A stretch of DNA of 64,000 nucleotides from the human T2T-CHM13v2.0 reference genome, Homo sapiens, in NCBI RefSeq assembly GCF_009914755.1, contig NC_060928.1; one strand, 5' to 3'. A program made the position numbers and the translations under genes. Of this stretch, positions 27,923 to 47,304 are shown piece after piece. The notes beneath the pieces were generated by a model that saw only the letters and a list, made by a program, of their open reading frames with translations, ran no database searches and was not told where the DNA came from. The number at the start of each line of letters is the position of its first letter. Position 1 is the first letter of the stretch.

Positions 27923-28737
27923 GTAAGTTGATTCTCAGGTTACTACACATCTAAACCTGCTCTCACAGGGAACTCTTGGGCAAAGTACTTTTAAAAATTG
28001 CTACAGGTATCCATCTAAAGTTACCTGTAGATGAAACTGAAATCCCATATTCATTTCCACTGGGATTAAATATCTTTTTGGTTGATTTTAAAATAAACAT
28101 TTAGCTATTTTCATTATTTTATCTAAAAAATAACTTAGATGAATTTAGAGTGTCCTAACTATATACTTTAAAAGTATATTCATAATCCTTAAAGTTAACT
28201 AGCTATCTTCATTATTGTGGGGGATTATTTTTTCATATTAAGAAATTTATTATTCCATATATTGAGAAGATCAGACATGGAAAGTTCAAGGTTAATTCCA
28301 AAGTTCAAGAATGTTATCAAGTGCATTTCATCTTGCTGCTCTGTGATTCTCAGAATTTTAGTAATAATTCACTTTCTGGTTAAAAGAGGACTCCATTAGC
28401 TCCAAACATCATATCCTCACATTTACAGTATCCAAAGACAGGAAGGACCAAGTCTGTATCTTGTATCTTGTGGGTGGATATTTTTATGTATCTGTTCTTC
28501 TAGTTGATGTATTTTTCTTTCAACCTATGACAATATATTTTTATAAACATAAAATCAAAATGAACAGTTCTTTTCTCATGTAAAATATCTTAAATGTTTT
28601 ACAACTTCTACATTATTGTTAGTGTTATAAAATACTTTATTATGTGACTTTACTGTGTACTGTAATTTCTTTAGTCAGTTCCAATTACTGGACATTTTAA
28701 ATGTTTCTAATTAGCTGTTGAAAGTAATGCTCTAAAG

Positions 28738-29026
28738 CAGGGCTCCACAGGCCAGCATTGGTCCATGGCCTGGTCACAGCAGGAGGTGAGCAAGGAGCTA
28801 GCATTGCCACCTGAGCTCCACCTCCTGTCAGATCAGCAGCAGCACTAGATTCTCACAGGAGCATGAACCCTGTTGTGAACTGCGTTGCATGTTCCTTATG
28901 AGAATCTAATGCCTGATGATCTGAGGTGGAACAGTTTCATCCCAAAACCATCCCCTCCTACCTGTCTGTGGAAAAATTTTCTTCCACGGAACCTGTCCCT
29001 GGTGCCAAAAAGATCGGGGACCGCTG
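28738..29026. mobile_element. MER1B-like hAT/Charlie DNA transposon fossil
   Basis: cctgagctccacctcctgtcagatcagc...gagaatctaatgcctgatgatctgaggtggaacagtttc...ggtgccaaaaagatcggggaccgctg. Confidence 0.8.
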
Positions 29027-30308
29027 CTTTAATTAACATCCCTGCAGCTAACTCATTGCAGATAACTTTCTCCAAGTAAAATAGTCAATTCAAAGGCAGA
29101 CACCGTTTAAGACATTTGATACGTATTGTCAAATTACCCTCCCAAAAGTTTGTGCCAGTTTTTGCTTCCTATGATCGTGCCTGTTTCTTCATATTCTTAT
29201 GTATTCTGGATATTATCATTCTTTTTTACTATCATCAGCTTGAAAGGTGAAGCAATATTTCATTTGTAACATTAGTTTAAAATAATTCTTAAAAAGCAAA
29301 ATAAATAATAGTAAACCTGGTAAAATCTAGAATGATTTTTTTCTTTTTAGTTCTGCACTAAGAAATTGTATTACCCTATACTGTTTTCATTTTCTGTTCT
29401 TTGCTTCAGAGAATTATCTTAAAAGCACATTTGTATGCTCTGAAGATAATAGAATTCAAATTTCCTTCACAGTATTCTAAGGAGAAAAAGCTGTTGGTTG
29501 GTGAAAATTGCATTGAACTACAAATTGGAAGACATGTATTCTATTCCTTATGATGCTGTTATATGACTTTATGTAAATTTTAAAACCTCTTTATTCCTCA
29601 TTGTGCTAATTTTTAAAATGTGGAATTGGATTGTAGTTTATAAAACACTATCCAATTTTTAAAGTTTTTAGATTCCAATAAAATATAACTGAACATATTT
29701 CAGGTAAAAGGAAGAAACTCAATAGGGCTTCATCAATTCATTATTACCAATATCTACATCAAAACTAAGTAATAGGCAGGATGTCATACAATATAGTGTG
29801 GACTTCCAATATAATAATTCAGTGAACAGCACAAACTGCACGTACATATACACCCCTTTTTCCTAAACCACAGTTTTAGAGAGCTAAGCTAGACTTTGGT
29901 TCATTCACAATTCATAAATTATAGATCGTACCTTTATAGCATGCCACTGTGATATGTCATCTCGCTAAAAACCTGTTTCCTTTTTTAGGCAGTCAATTTC
30001 TAGCTATTTCAAACCAAACATTTCTTTGCCAGAGATATTTTGTGTCAGTGATTAGATAATTTGAACTACTGGTCATTAAAAGACTACCTAGTATTTTTTC
30101 TGAAAAGAGCTGGAGGTTATATTTTTGAGGCTGAAAAGGGTAATGGGGTTTGGAGGTACAGTTTGAATTAATATTCTTTCCCACAGCATAAATGTTTAGG
30201 ATTTTTTTTTCTTTTGGTGCAGACACATCTTAACTTCTTCATACCCTGTTTCCATAGTTGATCTTTATTATATTCTGTGTTTCCCATGGCAGACCACTTT
30301 CATTCTTT

Positions 30309-36422
<6,114 letters not shown>

Positions 36423-37111
36423 CCACTTTCATTCTTTCTACTCTATTTCTATTCTTGTTTAAAATGTGTCCTATTGGTTCATTGAATATTAATAAACCCC
36501 TTATGTTGAACTTTTACTTTTACATAAATGGTATCTGTCACATGTTACACACTCAATTAAATTGAATAGAATTCCTACACCAAGCAATCAGTGAGCTGTA
36601 CAACCAAATGCAAAGAAGAAACCAACAAAAATAAAACTCTGGTAACATTCATTAGTTCAAGCACACACCTACACATACACACAGACCACTTGCTTCTGGC
36701 CTCAAGATTAGCTCTGGTTTCATTCTACCTTTTGCCCATTAAGATATGATCTTTCAGTCTTTTCTCAACCCTTCTCCCACTCAGAGTCTAACTTGTTTTA
36801 AGTTGTCTCCTAAACTAGTTCTCCCTCTTAGCCAAAACCCCAGAATATACAAAAGGAGAAAAGGGAAATCATAGATTGAGAAGCACTAAATACAGAGTTT
36901 GCACTCTACTTTCCCCATCTCATGGGTCCTTTATTTCCTGAAATATTTTCTTGCTGGGGACATTGGCAGGGGTCAGAGACTATGTGACTGATACTATCCC
37001 TAGTTGCCACTATTTAAAACGAAAAGTACAGTGTCATAGGGTTCCAAGATAGTGATTACAGGTGGATATATACATATAGGCACAAAGTAGATGTCTTTTA
37101 ACTATGACCAA

Positions 37112-37426
37112 TTTTTTTGTTTTTGTCTGTTTGCTTTTAATTTTTTTTAGAGGTAGGGTCTTACTTTGTTGGTGAGGCTGGAGTGTAGTGGTGTGATTAT
37201 AGCTCACAGCAGCCTGGAACTCATGGGCACAAGTTATCCTCTGGCCTCAGCCCTCTAAGCAGCTGAACTACAGGTATGCACCACAGTGCCCAGCTAATTT
37301 TTTATTTTTTGTAGAAACAGGGTCTAACTATGTTGCCCAGGTTGGTCTGAAACTCCTGGCCTCAAGCGATCCTCCTGCCTTAGCCTCCCAAGGCATTGGG
37401 ATTAGTTGTGAGCCAGCACACATACC
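37112..37426 (-). mobile_element. AluJ-like SINE
   Basis: Diverged antisense Alu. Confidence 0.85.
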
Positions 37427-37887
37427 CTACGATCTGTTTTAGGCTGAATGTCGCTTTCTAAGACAATGAGATTCTGTTCAATCACTTCATGCATTAGCAA
37501 TATTAAACCAAATACTTATATGAGCTTTATAACTCTATATTACTTCTTCAAGACCTTTTTTTTGAGTCTGAGTCTATCTGGATGCCAAATAGTGAAAACC
37601 CTGTAAAACAGTGTAAAAGTGAGGCATTATGTTTGACATCAATAGTAGAAAACAAAGATGGGGAACAACTTGTTTCAACTTAATGTAAGGCATACTCCAT
37701 TTCTGTTATTGGTAAATTCCAGTATACCTCTTCATGAAAGCTTCAACGTTTGTTTTAGATCACCTAGTTCTAATGTGGTGATTTTGTAGTTTCATATGTA
37801 ATTTATTATTCTTACATTATTTTTCCTTTCAAGGAAAAAACTAGAATAAATAGTAAAAAATATTGATTCTGCTTATGTGATTTGCAG

Positions 37888-37962
37888 AATTTCTTTGGCC
37901 CTGAGTTTGTGAAAATGACAATTGAACCATTTATATCTTTGGATTTGCCACGGTCTATTCTT
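37888..37962 (+). CDS. PTPN13: PTPN13 coding exon (probable exon 11, 75 nt, phase 0-0): NFFGPEFVKMTIEPFISLDLPRSIL
   Basis: ttgcag| acceptor, CTT|gtaagt donor. Confidence 0.95.
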
Positions 37963-38079
37963 GTAAGTAATAAAACCAATTTGTGTCACTCTTAGAAAAT
38001 AATTTCAGTAGTGTTAAAAACCAGTTAAAATTCTTATAATGCTTATTTTAATAAATGCCGTTTATTTTTTCAATTGTAG

Positions 38080-38254
38080 ACTAAGAAAGGGAAGAATGAG
38101 GATAACCGAAGGAAAGTAAACATAATGCTTCTGAACGGGCAAAGACTGGAACTGACCTGTGATACCAAAACTATATGTAAAGATGTGTTTGATATGGTTG
38201 TGGCACATATTGGCTTAGTAGAGCATCATTTGTTTGCTTTAGCTACCCTCAAAG
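38080..38254 (+). CDS. PTPN13: PTPN13 coding exon (probable exon 12, 175 nt), FERM F1 start: TKKGKNEDNRRKVNIMLLNGQRLEL...FALATLK
   Basis: ttgtag| acceptor, AAG|gtacca donor; 117-nt upstream intron. Confidence 0.95.
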
Positions 38255-39359
38255 GTACCAAGACATTTTATATTCAGAGTACAGTATAGAAATTTAGCAA
38301 CAAGCAGACTTCCTATGTTTGTTACCATGCCTGACCTCATTTTGACAATTAGTAACTAAATGAACTAGTCAGTAGAAGTGAGTTAGGAACTCCCTTTCTT
38401 CTCCCAGCTACTTTCATTGTTTTAATAGTTATGTTTGTTAGGCACCTTCTGTATCTGACTGGGAAGATTTTTTTATTTTTTGCTATGGTTATATAAAAAT
38501 ATATTTTAATTATATTTTAGGGACCGTTTTATATGTTAATGGTCTACATGTGTACTCTAGAAATTAGTATCCTAATATGAGCCTGAATGTATAGCAAGAC
38601 CTTATTTCTGAATTTCCACATCAGTTTATTTAGTCTACTATCCTAAAATCACAGTGACTTTTTAAAATGTCAATTGAAGGCTAAAAATTAGTTATTTCAC
38701 ATTATCTTTTAAATATTGTATCCACTTAAACCCATGATGTTCACAACCACAGTGGTCTAAGACACAGCTTCAGTAGAAACTTCTCCTATTTATCAATTAG
38801 AGTTGCCATAGCAGTAAGAAACTTTTTGGAATTCATCTCCTTTTTAAATAAATCATTATATTTATAAATTACTCTTTAATATTTCAGATTCCTGTTTACC
38901 TCAAAATTTAACTTGGAAAGTTTAGGCAACAAAGTACTATAAATGACAATTGACAGGTTAAAGGATCCTAAAACTCTATAAGCTCTTAATATCTTCTGTA
39001 TCCTAAAAGAAATATTTCCCTCAATATAGCTTATTGAATTATTGTGCCTTAAAAATGAATAATTTATGCTGTAGACTCATACAATAAATAGTCAATTAGT
39101 ACCTACTGATGTTCTATCACTTTACTAGTTTCACTTTTAGACTAATCAGTCAATATTGTCTACATGAAGCTGATTCAGTTCATCCAAATATCTATTTATA
39201 CTATACCTAATTTCTTACAGATTCTGGTAAAATCAAATTGTATTGAATAATTCTTTTATTTGTAGAGAGTAAATAATAGTTAACTAATGACATTAAAAAA
39301 TAAAATGATAAATGTCATTCCTTCTAGGTTTCAGCTGGTAGCTCAATAATAATAAGTAT

Positions 39360-39600
39360 ACTAGCTAATATTTATTAAATGTTTACCGTGTACTGTGTGC
39401 TTTAACAAGTGTTTTTATTCATTATGTCATTTGATCCTTATAACAATGCTGTAAAGCAAGAATTCCCACTAGCCTGATCTTAAAGCCAAGAAAACTGATG
39501 TCTAGAGAGGTAAAATAATATATTCAGTGTCATACGGATAGTAAATGTTGTGACCAGGTGTTGAATCTAGGACTGTATGTCTTTAGAGCCGCCATTCTTA
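39360..39600 (-). mobile_element. MIR SINE
   Basis: gctaatatttatt...tcatttgatccttataacaa...gaaaactgatgtctagagaggtaaa pattern. Confidence 0.6.
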
Positions 39601-39790
39601 AAAGAGTGGGCCATATTGCCTCCCATCTAAATGGAGTGTCTCAGAGCTCCCTGCCACATTTTTAACAGTCTTGTATTTATATTCTCATATGATACTCTTT
39701 TATGCAAGTCTGACCAAAAAGTGAAGAAATCGGAAGAAAACACTAAAGTATTTTTTTATTTTATCTGAATATTTTTCTCATTCTGTTTAG

Positions 39791-39944
39791 ATAATGAATA
39801 TTTCTTTGTTGATCCTGACTTAAAATTAACCAAAGTGGCCCCAGAGGGATGGAAAGAAGAACCAAAGAAAAAGACCAAAGCCACTGTTAATTTTACTTTG
39901 TTTTTCAGAATTAAATTTTTTATGGATGATGTTAGTCTAATACA
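39791..39944 (+). CDS. PTPN13: PTPN13 coding exon (probable exon 13, 154 nt), FERM: (D)NEYFFVDPDLKLTKVAPEGWKEEPKK...FRIKFFMDDVSLI(Q)
   Basis: gtttag| acceptor, ACA|gtgagt donor. Confidence 0.95.
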
Positions 39945-40224
39945 GTGAGTACACAAGAGTTTCTCTTTTGCTCTTTTTGGACACTGGTCTTTTGACCCTT
40001 TAGCTTACTGATACTGAATTACTTGATTCCAATCAATGATAATGTCTGCTTTATCATAAAAGTAATATTTCTTTCAACACAGTTTATCTAATCCTTATGC
40101 CTTAAAAGCTTAATAATAAGCTTAGTAATAAACTCATGGAAATTAACCTTACATGCCTATAATAAAAACCACCCCAGTATTCAAAATCAAAGGCCAAGAT
40201 GTCTGTGTGTGTTTGTTTTTTCAG

Positions 40225-40363
40225 ACATACTCTGACGTGTCATCAGTATTACCTTCAGCTTCGAAAAGATATTTTGGAGGAAAGGATGCACTGTGATGAT
40301 GAGACTTCCTTATTGCTGGCATCCTTGGCTCTCCAGGCTGAGTATGGAGATTATCAACCAGAG
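40225..40363 (+). CDS. PTPN13: PTPN13 coding exon (probable exon 14, 139 nt), FERM F2: [17 protein letters not shown]...[13 protein letters not shown]
   Basis: tttcag| acceptor, GAG|gtagga donor; FERM signature YYLQ..DIL / LA.LALQAE.GDY. Confidence 0.97.
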
Positions 40364-41081
40364 GTAGGATTTGTGTTTTTTTCCAGGACCATTTTTGTTT
40401 GGTGTTGTTACCTTTAACATAGTTAATGACTAAACCTGATTCAGGTGTTTGATGTTTAGATCTGAAGATTTTTGAGGCTTCTTTGGTTCCTCAGAATGAC
40501 CAAGCACTCCATGTATATCAATTATATAAAATCATGAAGTGTGGGATTTTTTTTTCCTGTTTAAAGTTATCCTGTTTTGGAGTTTAGGAATATCTACCAC
40601 TTACTCCTTCTCCTGAGTTCTAACCTATAGAGACTATACACAGGAGTTATTAGTCAAATATAAATTAAAAGGATCTCCTGCCTTCCACATGATGGGCTGG
40701 CAGCCTGGCAGAGCTTACTGTGTGGAGAACTCACAGTATACTTAAAGCCTGATGTTTCTAAATAAAATTGATCTAAGAGGAAGCAAGGGGCTAGAAGCTG
40801 TGCTGCTGGAGCAGCATCCTTCACAACGTTCATCCTAAACTAGAGTGATATGAGGCCCTTGAATGTCACACTTCTCAAGCTTGCTGATCAGTTCAGTCAT
40901 TTTATCTCACTGAATAGAAAAGAAAGACTGATGCATTTCTTCTAAAACTCATTCCTCAGAGAGAGAGGTAGAAATAGAAGTACTTCATCTCTTAGCCAAA
41001 GCAAGAACTTTAAGATAGAAGGAAAAGGGTTTACTCCAATAAAAGGCAAACAATTGCTTATGAAAACATTCTTTTATCTAG

Positions 41082-41234
41082 GTTCATGGTGTGTCTTACT
41101 TTAGAATGGAGCACTATTTGCCCGCCAGAGTGATGGAGAAACTTGATTTATCCTATATCAAAGAAGAGTTACCCAAATTGCATAATACCTATGTGGGAGC
41201 TTCTGAAAAAGAGACAGAGTTAGAATTTTTAAAG
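41082..41234 (+). CDS. PTPN13: PTPN13 coding exon (probable exon 15, 153 nt), FERM F2: VHGVSYFRMEHYLPARV...ETELEFLK
   Basis: atctag| acceptor, AAG|gtaagc donor. Confidence 0.95.
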
Positions 41235-42575
41235 GTAAGCATCCAAGATTACAAATGATAAGCTTTGTATCTTTTCCAAGTAAGCAAGAAGTGTTAGAGG
41301 ACACATATCTAAGAGTTCAAGTGCCAGTAACTGATACTGTGCATAATCTCATCTCATTGCTGGCTAAAATTATGGTATTTTAATTCTCATTTTGTAAAAG
41401 AGGGAAATGAGGCTCAAAGAGGAAATGTAATGTTCCCAGAGATATGGGGCAGATATGATTTGAACCCATGTCTATCTGGCTGTTAATCCTATGCTTTTAT
41501 CTTATTCCATACTCAAAATCAAAATACATTATACAGAAGAAACAAATGAATTTGGTGAATGGCTTGATATGAGAGGCAAGTTCATACTGATTCTAGAATT
41601 GTTTGTTTTGCTTTTTCTCAAAAGGCTTAAAATTCAATTACATCCTTTAAAAATGGTCTTCCCACTAAATGCCAATTAATGTAGATAGGGGTAGAGAGTC
41701 ACAAAAATTGACTTATTAGTTTACAGTTCTATTAGTTCTACAGTCTATTAGACCTATAACCAGCTTTCTATATGACCTTAGATAAATAGTACATTTACGA
41801 TCAAGAAAAATAGTATTATGTAAACTTCCAATGCAAATAGCAAATATAAGATAGTGTTCTGTTGAAAAGACAAATTTTCAGAACATTCTTCTGTTTTAGC
41901 TTCCTAGGATGTAACAGTATGCCTTCCATTCACTGCTGCATATAGAAAGAAATCAAGTTTACCAGCCCTGTGAAAATTTATGAAGGGATTTTATTCACAG
42001 ACTTACATTACCTTTAATCTAGTGTTCATGGAAAGAAAGAAAGGCAAGGTGGTTTTTTCTGTTTGAGTCCAAATTTAAAGATATTAAATTATGGACTTAT
42101 ACTTTTCTTAGTTATTACATTTTTATACTTGTAGAAAGTAAGATGTTACATTATAATTTTATTAATAAAGGTAGAAGGCAGATTGGCACAGTGAAAAGAA
42201 TTTGCATGAGGATTTGCAGACAGACAGTCTTGCATTTGAATTCTTATTTCAACTAGCTGAGTGACCTTGAACAATGTGTTTAACTTCTCTAAGTCTCAGT
42301 TTTCTCCTTGTAAATAGCATGCCTAAGGAATATTAGGTTGCCCTACTCCTTCTAATAATATATTCTGTTACTTCATTTCACTTTAACTTTAGCATCTTTC
42401 TTCTAACTTAAGAAGTTTTATCTTGTTAACACAACCTTCTAAGGCTACACTTTTGCTATATATTATGTTGTTTTTGAAATATCTTTCGTAAATCTGCTTT
42501 ATTGCAGTATAATTTACATACAATAAAATTTACCATTTTTAAGTGTTTGGTGAGTTTTTAAAATATATGTGCAGT

Positions 42576-42772
42576 TGAGCTGGGCATAGTTAGGGATGCA
42601 TGCCTGTAATCCCAGCTGGTTGGGAGGCTGATGTAGGATCACTTGAGCCTGGGAGTTTGAGGCTGCAGTAAGCTTTGATCTTGTCACTGGGTTCCAGCCT
42701 AAGTAACAGAACAAGACCCCATCTCAAATAAAATAAAATAAAATATAAAATAAAATAAAATAAAAGTAAAAA
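42576..42772 (+). mobile_element. Alu monomer (FLAM/FRAM-like) with (TAAAA)n tail
   Basis: Single arm followed by (aaata)n. Confidence 0.75.
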
Positions 42773-42835
42773 ATTAGTATAATAAAATATAAAAATATGT
42801 ATACAGTTCAGCAATCACCTCCACAGTCTTGAGAA

Positions 42836-43034
42836 CAAGGGTTAGCAAACTGTGGCCTGCCTGTTTTGTAAATAGTTTTATTGGAACTAGTCCATACTCA
42901 TTTCTTTATATATCATCTATGTCTGCATTCATACTATAACAGCAAAGTCCAGTCATAACAATAAAGATCATATGACCCACAAAGCCTGAAATATTTACTA
43001 TCTGGCCCTTTACAGAAAAGTTTACCAACTCCTG
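42836..43034. mobile_element. MER58A-like hAT DNA transposon fossil
   Basis: caagggttagcaaact...aaatatttactatctggccctttacagaaaagtttaccaactcctg. Confidence 0.8.
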
Positions 43035-43222
43035 ATACAGCACATTTCGAATACATAAAGCTCCCTCTTGTCTCTTTATAGTCAGTCCCCTCCCCCTACC
43101 TGTAATCCTTAGCAACTACTGATCTGCTATTACCATAGTGTTTTTTTTTTTCTAAAATGTCATGTAAAAAATAATATAATATACAGTCTTTTATGTCTGG
43201 CTTCTTTCACTTAGAATAATAC

Positions 43223-43514
43223 TTTTTTTTGTTTCTGAGACAGAGTCTCACTCTGTTGCCAGGTAGGAGTGCAGTGGCATGATCTCGGCTCACTGCAACC
43301 TCTGCCTCCCGGGTTCAAACATTCTCCTGCCTCAGCCTCTCAAGTAGCTGGGACTACAGGCACATGCCACCACGCCTGGCTAATTTTTTATATTTTTAGC
43401 AGAGACATGGTTTCACCATGTTAGCCAGGATGGTCTCGATCTCTTGACCTTGTGATCCGCCCACCTTGGCCTCCCAAAGTGCTGGGATACAGGTGTGAGC
43501 TACTGTGCCTGGCC
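43223..43514 (-). mobile_element. AluSc/Sg-like SINE
   Basis: Antisense Alu with TSD tagaataatactttt. Confidence 0.9.
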
Positions 43515-44182
43515 TAGAATAATACTTTTAAGATTCATCCATGGTGTGGTATATATCAGTAGTTTCTTTTCTTTTTTTTTTCTGAGTAGTTTTTCTTTGT
43601 GCAGATACATAATTTGCTTATTCTTTTCATTAGTTGATAGATATAAAGCTGTTATAAACATTCCAGTTCACATTTTTCTGTGAACACAGTTTTTATTTCT
43701 CCTGAGTAAATATCTAGCAGTAGGATTGCTGGGACCTATGGCAAGTGCATGTTTAACTTTGTAAGAAACTTCCAAACTGTTTTCCAAAATCATTGTACAG
43801 TTTTACAGTCCTACCAACAGTGTGTGAATTTCAGTTGCTCCACATCCTTGACAACACTTGGTAGTTTCAGTCTTTTTCACTTTAACATTTGAAATAGGTG
43901 AATAGTGGTATATTATTATGGTTTTAATTTGTACTTCCCTCATTACTATTTATGTTGACCAATCTTTTCATGTGTTTATTTGCCATTTATATATCATCTT
44001 TATTGATGTGTCAAATAAAACTTTTTACCCCCTTTTGTAACTGGTTATATGTTTCCTTACTGTTAAGAAGTACATGTTCTTTAAATATTCTGGATACAAG
44101 TCTTTTATCAGATATGTGGGTTTTACATATATTTATTTACTCCTAGTCTGTGGCTTGCCTTACATTTTCTTAACATTGACTC

Positions 44183-44467
44183 TTTTTTTTAAGAGTCTCA
44201 CTCTGTTGCCCAGGCTGGAATTCAGTGGTGCGATCTTGGCTCACTGCAGCCTCCACCTCCCAGGCTCAAGTGATGCTTCTTCCTCAGCCTCCTGAGTAGC
44301 TGGGATTATAGATGTGCACCACCATACCTGGCTAATTTTTGTATTTTTCATAGGGACAGGATTTTGTCATGATGGCCAGGCTGGTCTCAAACTCCTAGCC
44401 TGAAGTAATCTGCCTGCCTTGGCCTCCCAAAGTGCTGAGATTACAGGCATAAGCCACTGTGCCAGCC
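44183..44467 (-). mobile_element. AluJ-like SINE
   Basis: Antisense Alu with TSD aacatt(g/a)actctt. Confidence 0.88.
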
Positions 44468-44767
44468 AACATTAACTCTTGATGAGCAAGTTTTCAATGT
44501 TAATGAAGTTTCCAATTTTTTTTATTTTCTAGTTTATGGTTTTTGTGTTCCATCTAAGAAATTTTTGCCCAACCCAGGGTCACAGACACCTTCTAAGTTT
44601 TATGCTTTTAGTGCCTGTATTTAGGTCTGTGGTCCATTTTTGGTTAAATTTCATGTGTAGGGTGAAGTAAGGGTTGAAATTCATTTTTTTAGCATGTGGA
44701 TATACAGTTGTCCCAGTAACCTTTGTTTAAAAGATTATCCTTTCCACATTAAACTACATTGATATAG

Positions 44768-47052
44768 TGTGTTAGTCCTTTGTCACACTGCTGATAAAGA
44801 CATATACCCGAGACTGGGCAATTTACAAAAGAAACAGGTTTAATGGACTTATAGTTCCATGTGGCTGGGGAGGCCTCACAATCACGGTGGAAGGTCTCAC
44901 ATGGCAGCAGACAAGAGAAGAGAGCTTGTACAGGGAAACTCCCCTCCTTAAAACCATCAGATCTCGTGAGACTTACTCACTATCATGAGAACAGCATGGG
45001 AAAGACCTGTCCCCATGATTCACTTACCTCCCACTGGGTCCCTCCTTCAACATGTGGAAATTCAAGATGAGATTTGGGTGAGGACACAGCCAAACCATAT
45101 TCCACTTCTGGCCCCTCCCAAATCTCATGTCCTCACATTTCAAAACCAATCATGCCTTCCCAACAGTTCTCCAAAGTCTTAATTCATTTCAGCATTAACC
45201 CAAAAGTCCACAGTCCAAAGTCTCATCTGAGATAAGGCAAGTCCCTTCTGCCTATGAGCCTGCAAAATCAAAAGCAAGTTAGTTACTTCCTAGGTACAAT
45301 GGGGGTTACAGGCATTGGGTAAATACAGCCATTCCAAATGGGAGAAATTAGCCAAAACAAAGGGGCTATACAGGTCCCACGCAAGTCTGAAATCCAGCAG
45401 GGCAGGCAAACCTTAAAGCTGCAAAATGATCTCCTTTGACTGCATGTCTCACATCCGGGTCAAGCTGATGCAAGAGGTGGGCTCCCAAGGTCTTGGGCAG
45501 CTCTGCCCCTGTGTCTTTGTAGGGTATAGACCCCTCCTGGCTGGTTTCATGGGCTGGTGTTGAGTATCTGTGGCTTTTCCAGGTGCATGGTGCAAGCTGT
45601 CGTTGGATCTACCATTCTGGGGTCTGGAGGACAGTGGCCCTCTTCTCACAGCTCCACTAAGTGGTGCTCCAGTTGGCACTCTGTGTGCAGGCTCCAACCC
45701 CACATTTCCCTTCCCTACTGCCCTATCACAGGTTCTCCATTAGGGCCCTGCCCCTGCAGCAAACTTCTCCCTGGGATCCAGGCATTTCCATACATCCTCT
45801 GAAATCTAGGCGAAGGTTCCCAGACCTCAGTTCTTGACTTCTCTGCACTCACAGGCTCAACACCATGTGGAAGCTGCCAAGGCTTGGGGCTTCCAGCCTC
45901 TGAAACAACAGCCTGAGCTGTACCTTGGCCCCTTTTAGTCATAGCTGGAGTGGCTGGGACACAGGGCACCAAGTCCCTAGACTCTACACAGCAGAGGGAC
46001 CCTGGGCCCGGCCCACAAAACCATTTTTTCCTCCTAAACCTCCAGGCCTGCAATGGGAGGGGCTGCTGCAAAGGTCTCTGACATGCCCTGGAAACCTTTT
46101 CCCCATTGTCTTGGTGATTAACATTTGGCTCCTTGTTACTTATGTAAATTTCTGCAGCCAGCTTGAATTTTGCCTCAGAAAATGGAATTTTCTTTCTATC
46201 ACATTGTCAGGCTGCACATTTTCCAAACTGTTATGCCCTGTTTCCCTTTTAAAACTGAACGCCTTTAACAGCACCCAAGTCACATATTGAATGCTTTGCT
46301 GCTTAGAAATTTCTTCCACAAGATACCCTAAATCATCTCTCTCAAGTTGAAAGTTCCACAAATCTCTAGGGAAAGGGCAAAATGCTGCCAATCTCTTTGC
46401 AAAAAAAAAAGAAAAAGAAAAAGAAAATAACAAGAGTCACCTCTGCTCCAGTTCCCAACAAGTTCCCAACAAGTTCCTCATCTCCATCTGAGACCACCTC
46501 AGCCTGGACCTTATTGTTCATATCACTATCAGCATTTTTGTCAAAGCCATTCAACTAGTCTTTAGAAAGTTCCAAACTTTCCCACATTTTCCTGTCTTCT
46601 TCTGAGCCCTCCAAACTGTTTCAGCCTCTGCCTGTTACCCAGTTCCAAAGTCACTTCCACATCTTCAGGTATCTTTTCAGCCATGCCCACTCTACTGGTA
46701 CCAATCTACTGTATTAGTCCATTTTCACACTGCTGATAAAGACATACCTGAGACAGGGCAATTTGCAAAAGAGAGAGCTTTAATGGACTTACAGTTCCAT
46801 GTGACTGAGGAGGCCTCACAATCATGGCAGAAGGTGAAAGGCATGTCTCACATGGAGGCAGACAAGAGAAGAGAGCTTGTACAGAGAAACTCCCCTTTTA
46901 AAACCATCAGATCTTATGAGACTTATTCACTGTCACAAGAACAACACAGGAAAGACCTGCCCCCATGATTCAGTTACCTCTCAGTGGGTCTCTCCCATAA
47001 CATGTGGGAATTCAAGATGAGATTTGTGGGGGGACACGGCCAAACCATATCA
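44768..47052 (-). mobile_element. Full-length THE1B-like MaLR LTR element (LTR 44768-~45100, internal region, LTR 46710-47052)
   Basis: Two ~340-bp direct repeats (tgt.ttagtcc...ctgctgataaagacata...caaaccatat[ca]) flank a ~1.6-kb THE1 internal region. 5-bp TSD tatag / tacag. Confidence 0.92.
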
Positions 47053-47121
47053 TACAGCTTCAATATCTTTATGTCACCATTTACCAAAGTGTATTGCTAT
47101 GGTATGGTATTATTCCAACAG

Positions 47122-47304
47122 GTCTGCCAAAGACTGACAGAATATGGAGTTCATTTTCACCGAGTGCACCCTGAGAAGAAGTCACAAACAGGAATATTGC
47201 TTGGAGTCTGTTCTAAAGGTGTCCTTGTGTTTGAAGTTCACAATGGAGTGCGCACATTGGTCCTTCGCTTTCCATGGAGGGAAACCAAGAAAATATCTTT
47301 TTCT
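47122..47304 (+). CDS. PTPN13: PTPN13 coding exon (probable exon 16, 183 nt), FERM F3: VCQRLTEYGVHFHRV...RFPWRETKKISFS
   Basis: caacag| acceptor, TCT|gtatgt donor; FERM-C motif YGVHF / LGV..KG / F.W. Confidence 0.96.

Larger units (their letters stand above)
42490..44767 (-). mobile_element. Ancient L1M-type fragment with nested Alus and MER58
   Basis: L1M 3' motifs (tctggcttctttcacttag; ggattgctggg; ccaaactgttttccaaa; gttgctccacatcct) interrupted by younger inserts. Confidence 0.7.

Noticed and set aside
44861-44873. PRDM9 hotspot motif in the THE1B LTR
   Set aside because: The minus strand reads CCTCCCCAGCCAC, not the active CCTCCCTNNCCAC form. The other LTR (about 46801-46813) is more degenerate still.
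46450-46478. 11-bp tandem duplication gttcccaacaa, and other short duplications at ~280, ~336, ~11788 and ~57466
   Set aside because: These are ordinary slippage micro-duplications with no evidence of function.
44861-46968. Cluster of 60-120 aa ORFs on both strands
   Set aside because: They are chance frames in the GC-richer THE1 LTR and internal sequence, with no recognisable intact gag or pol.
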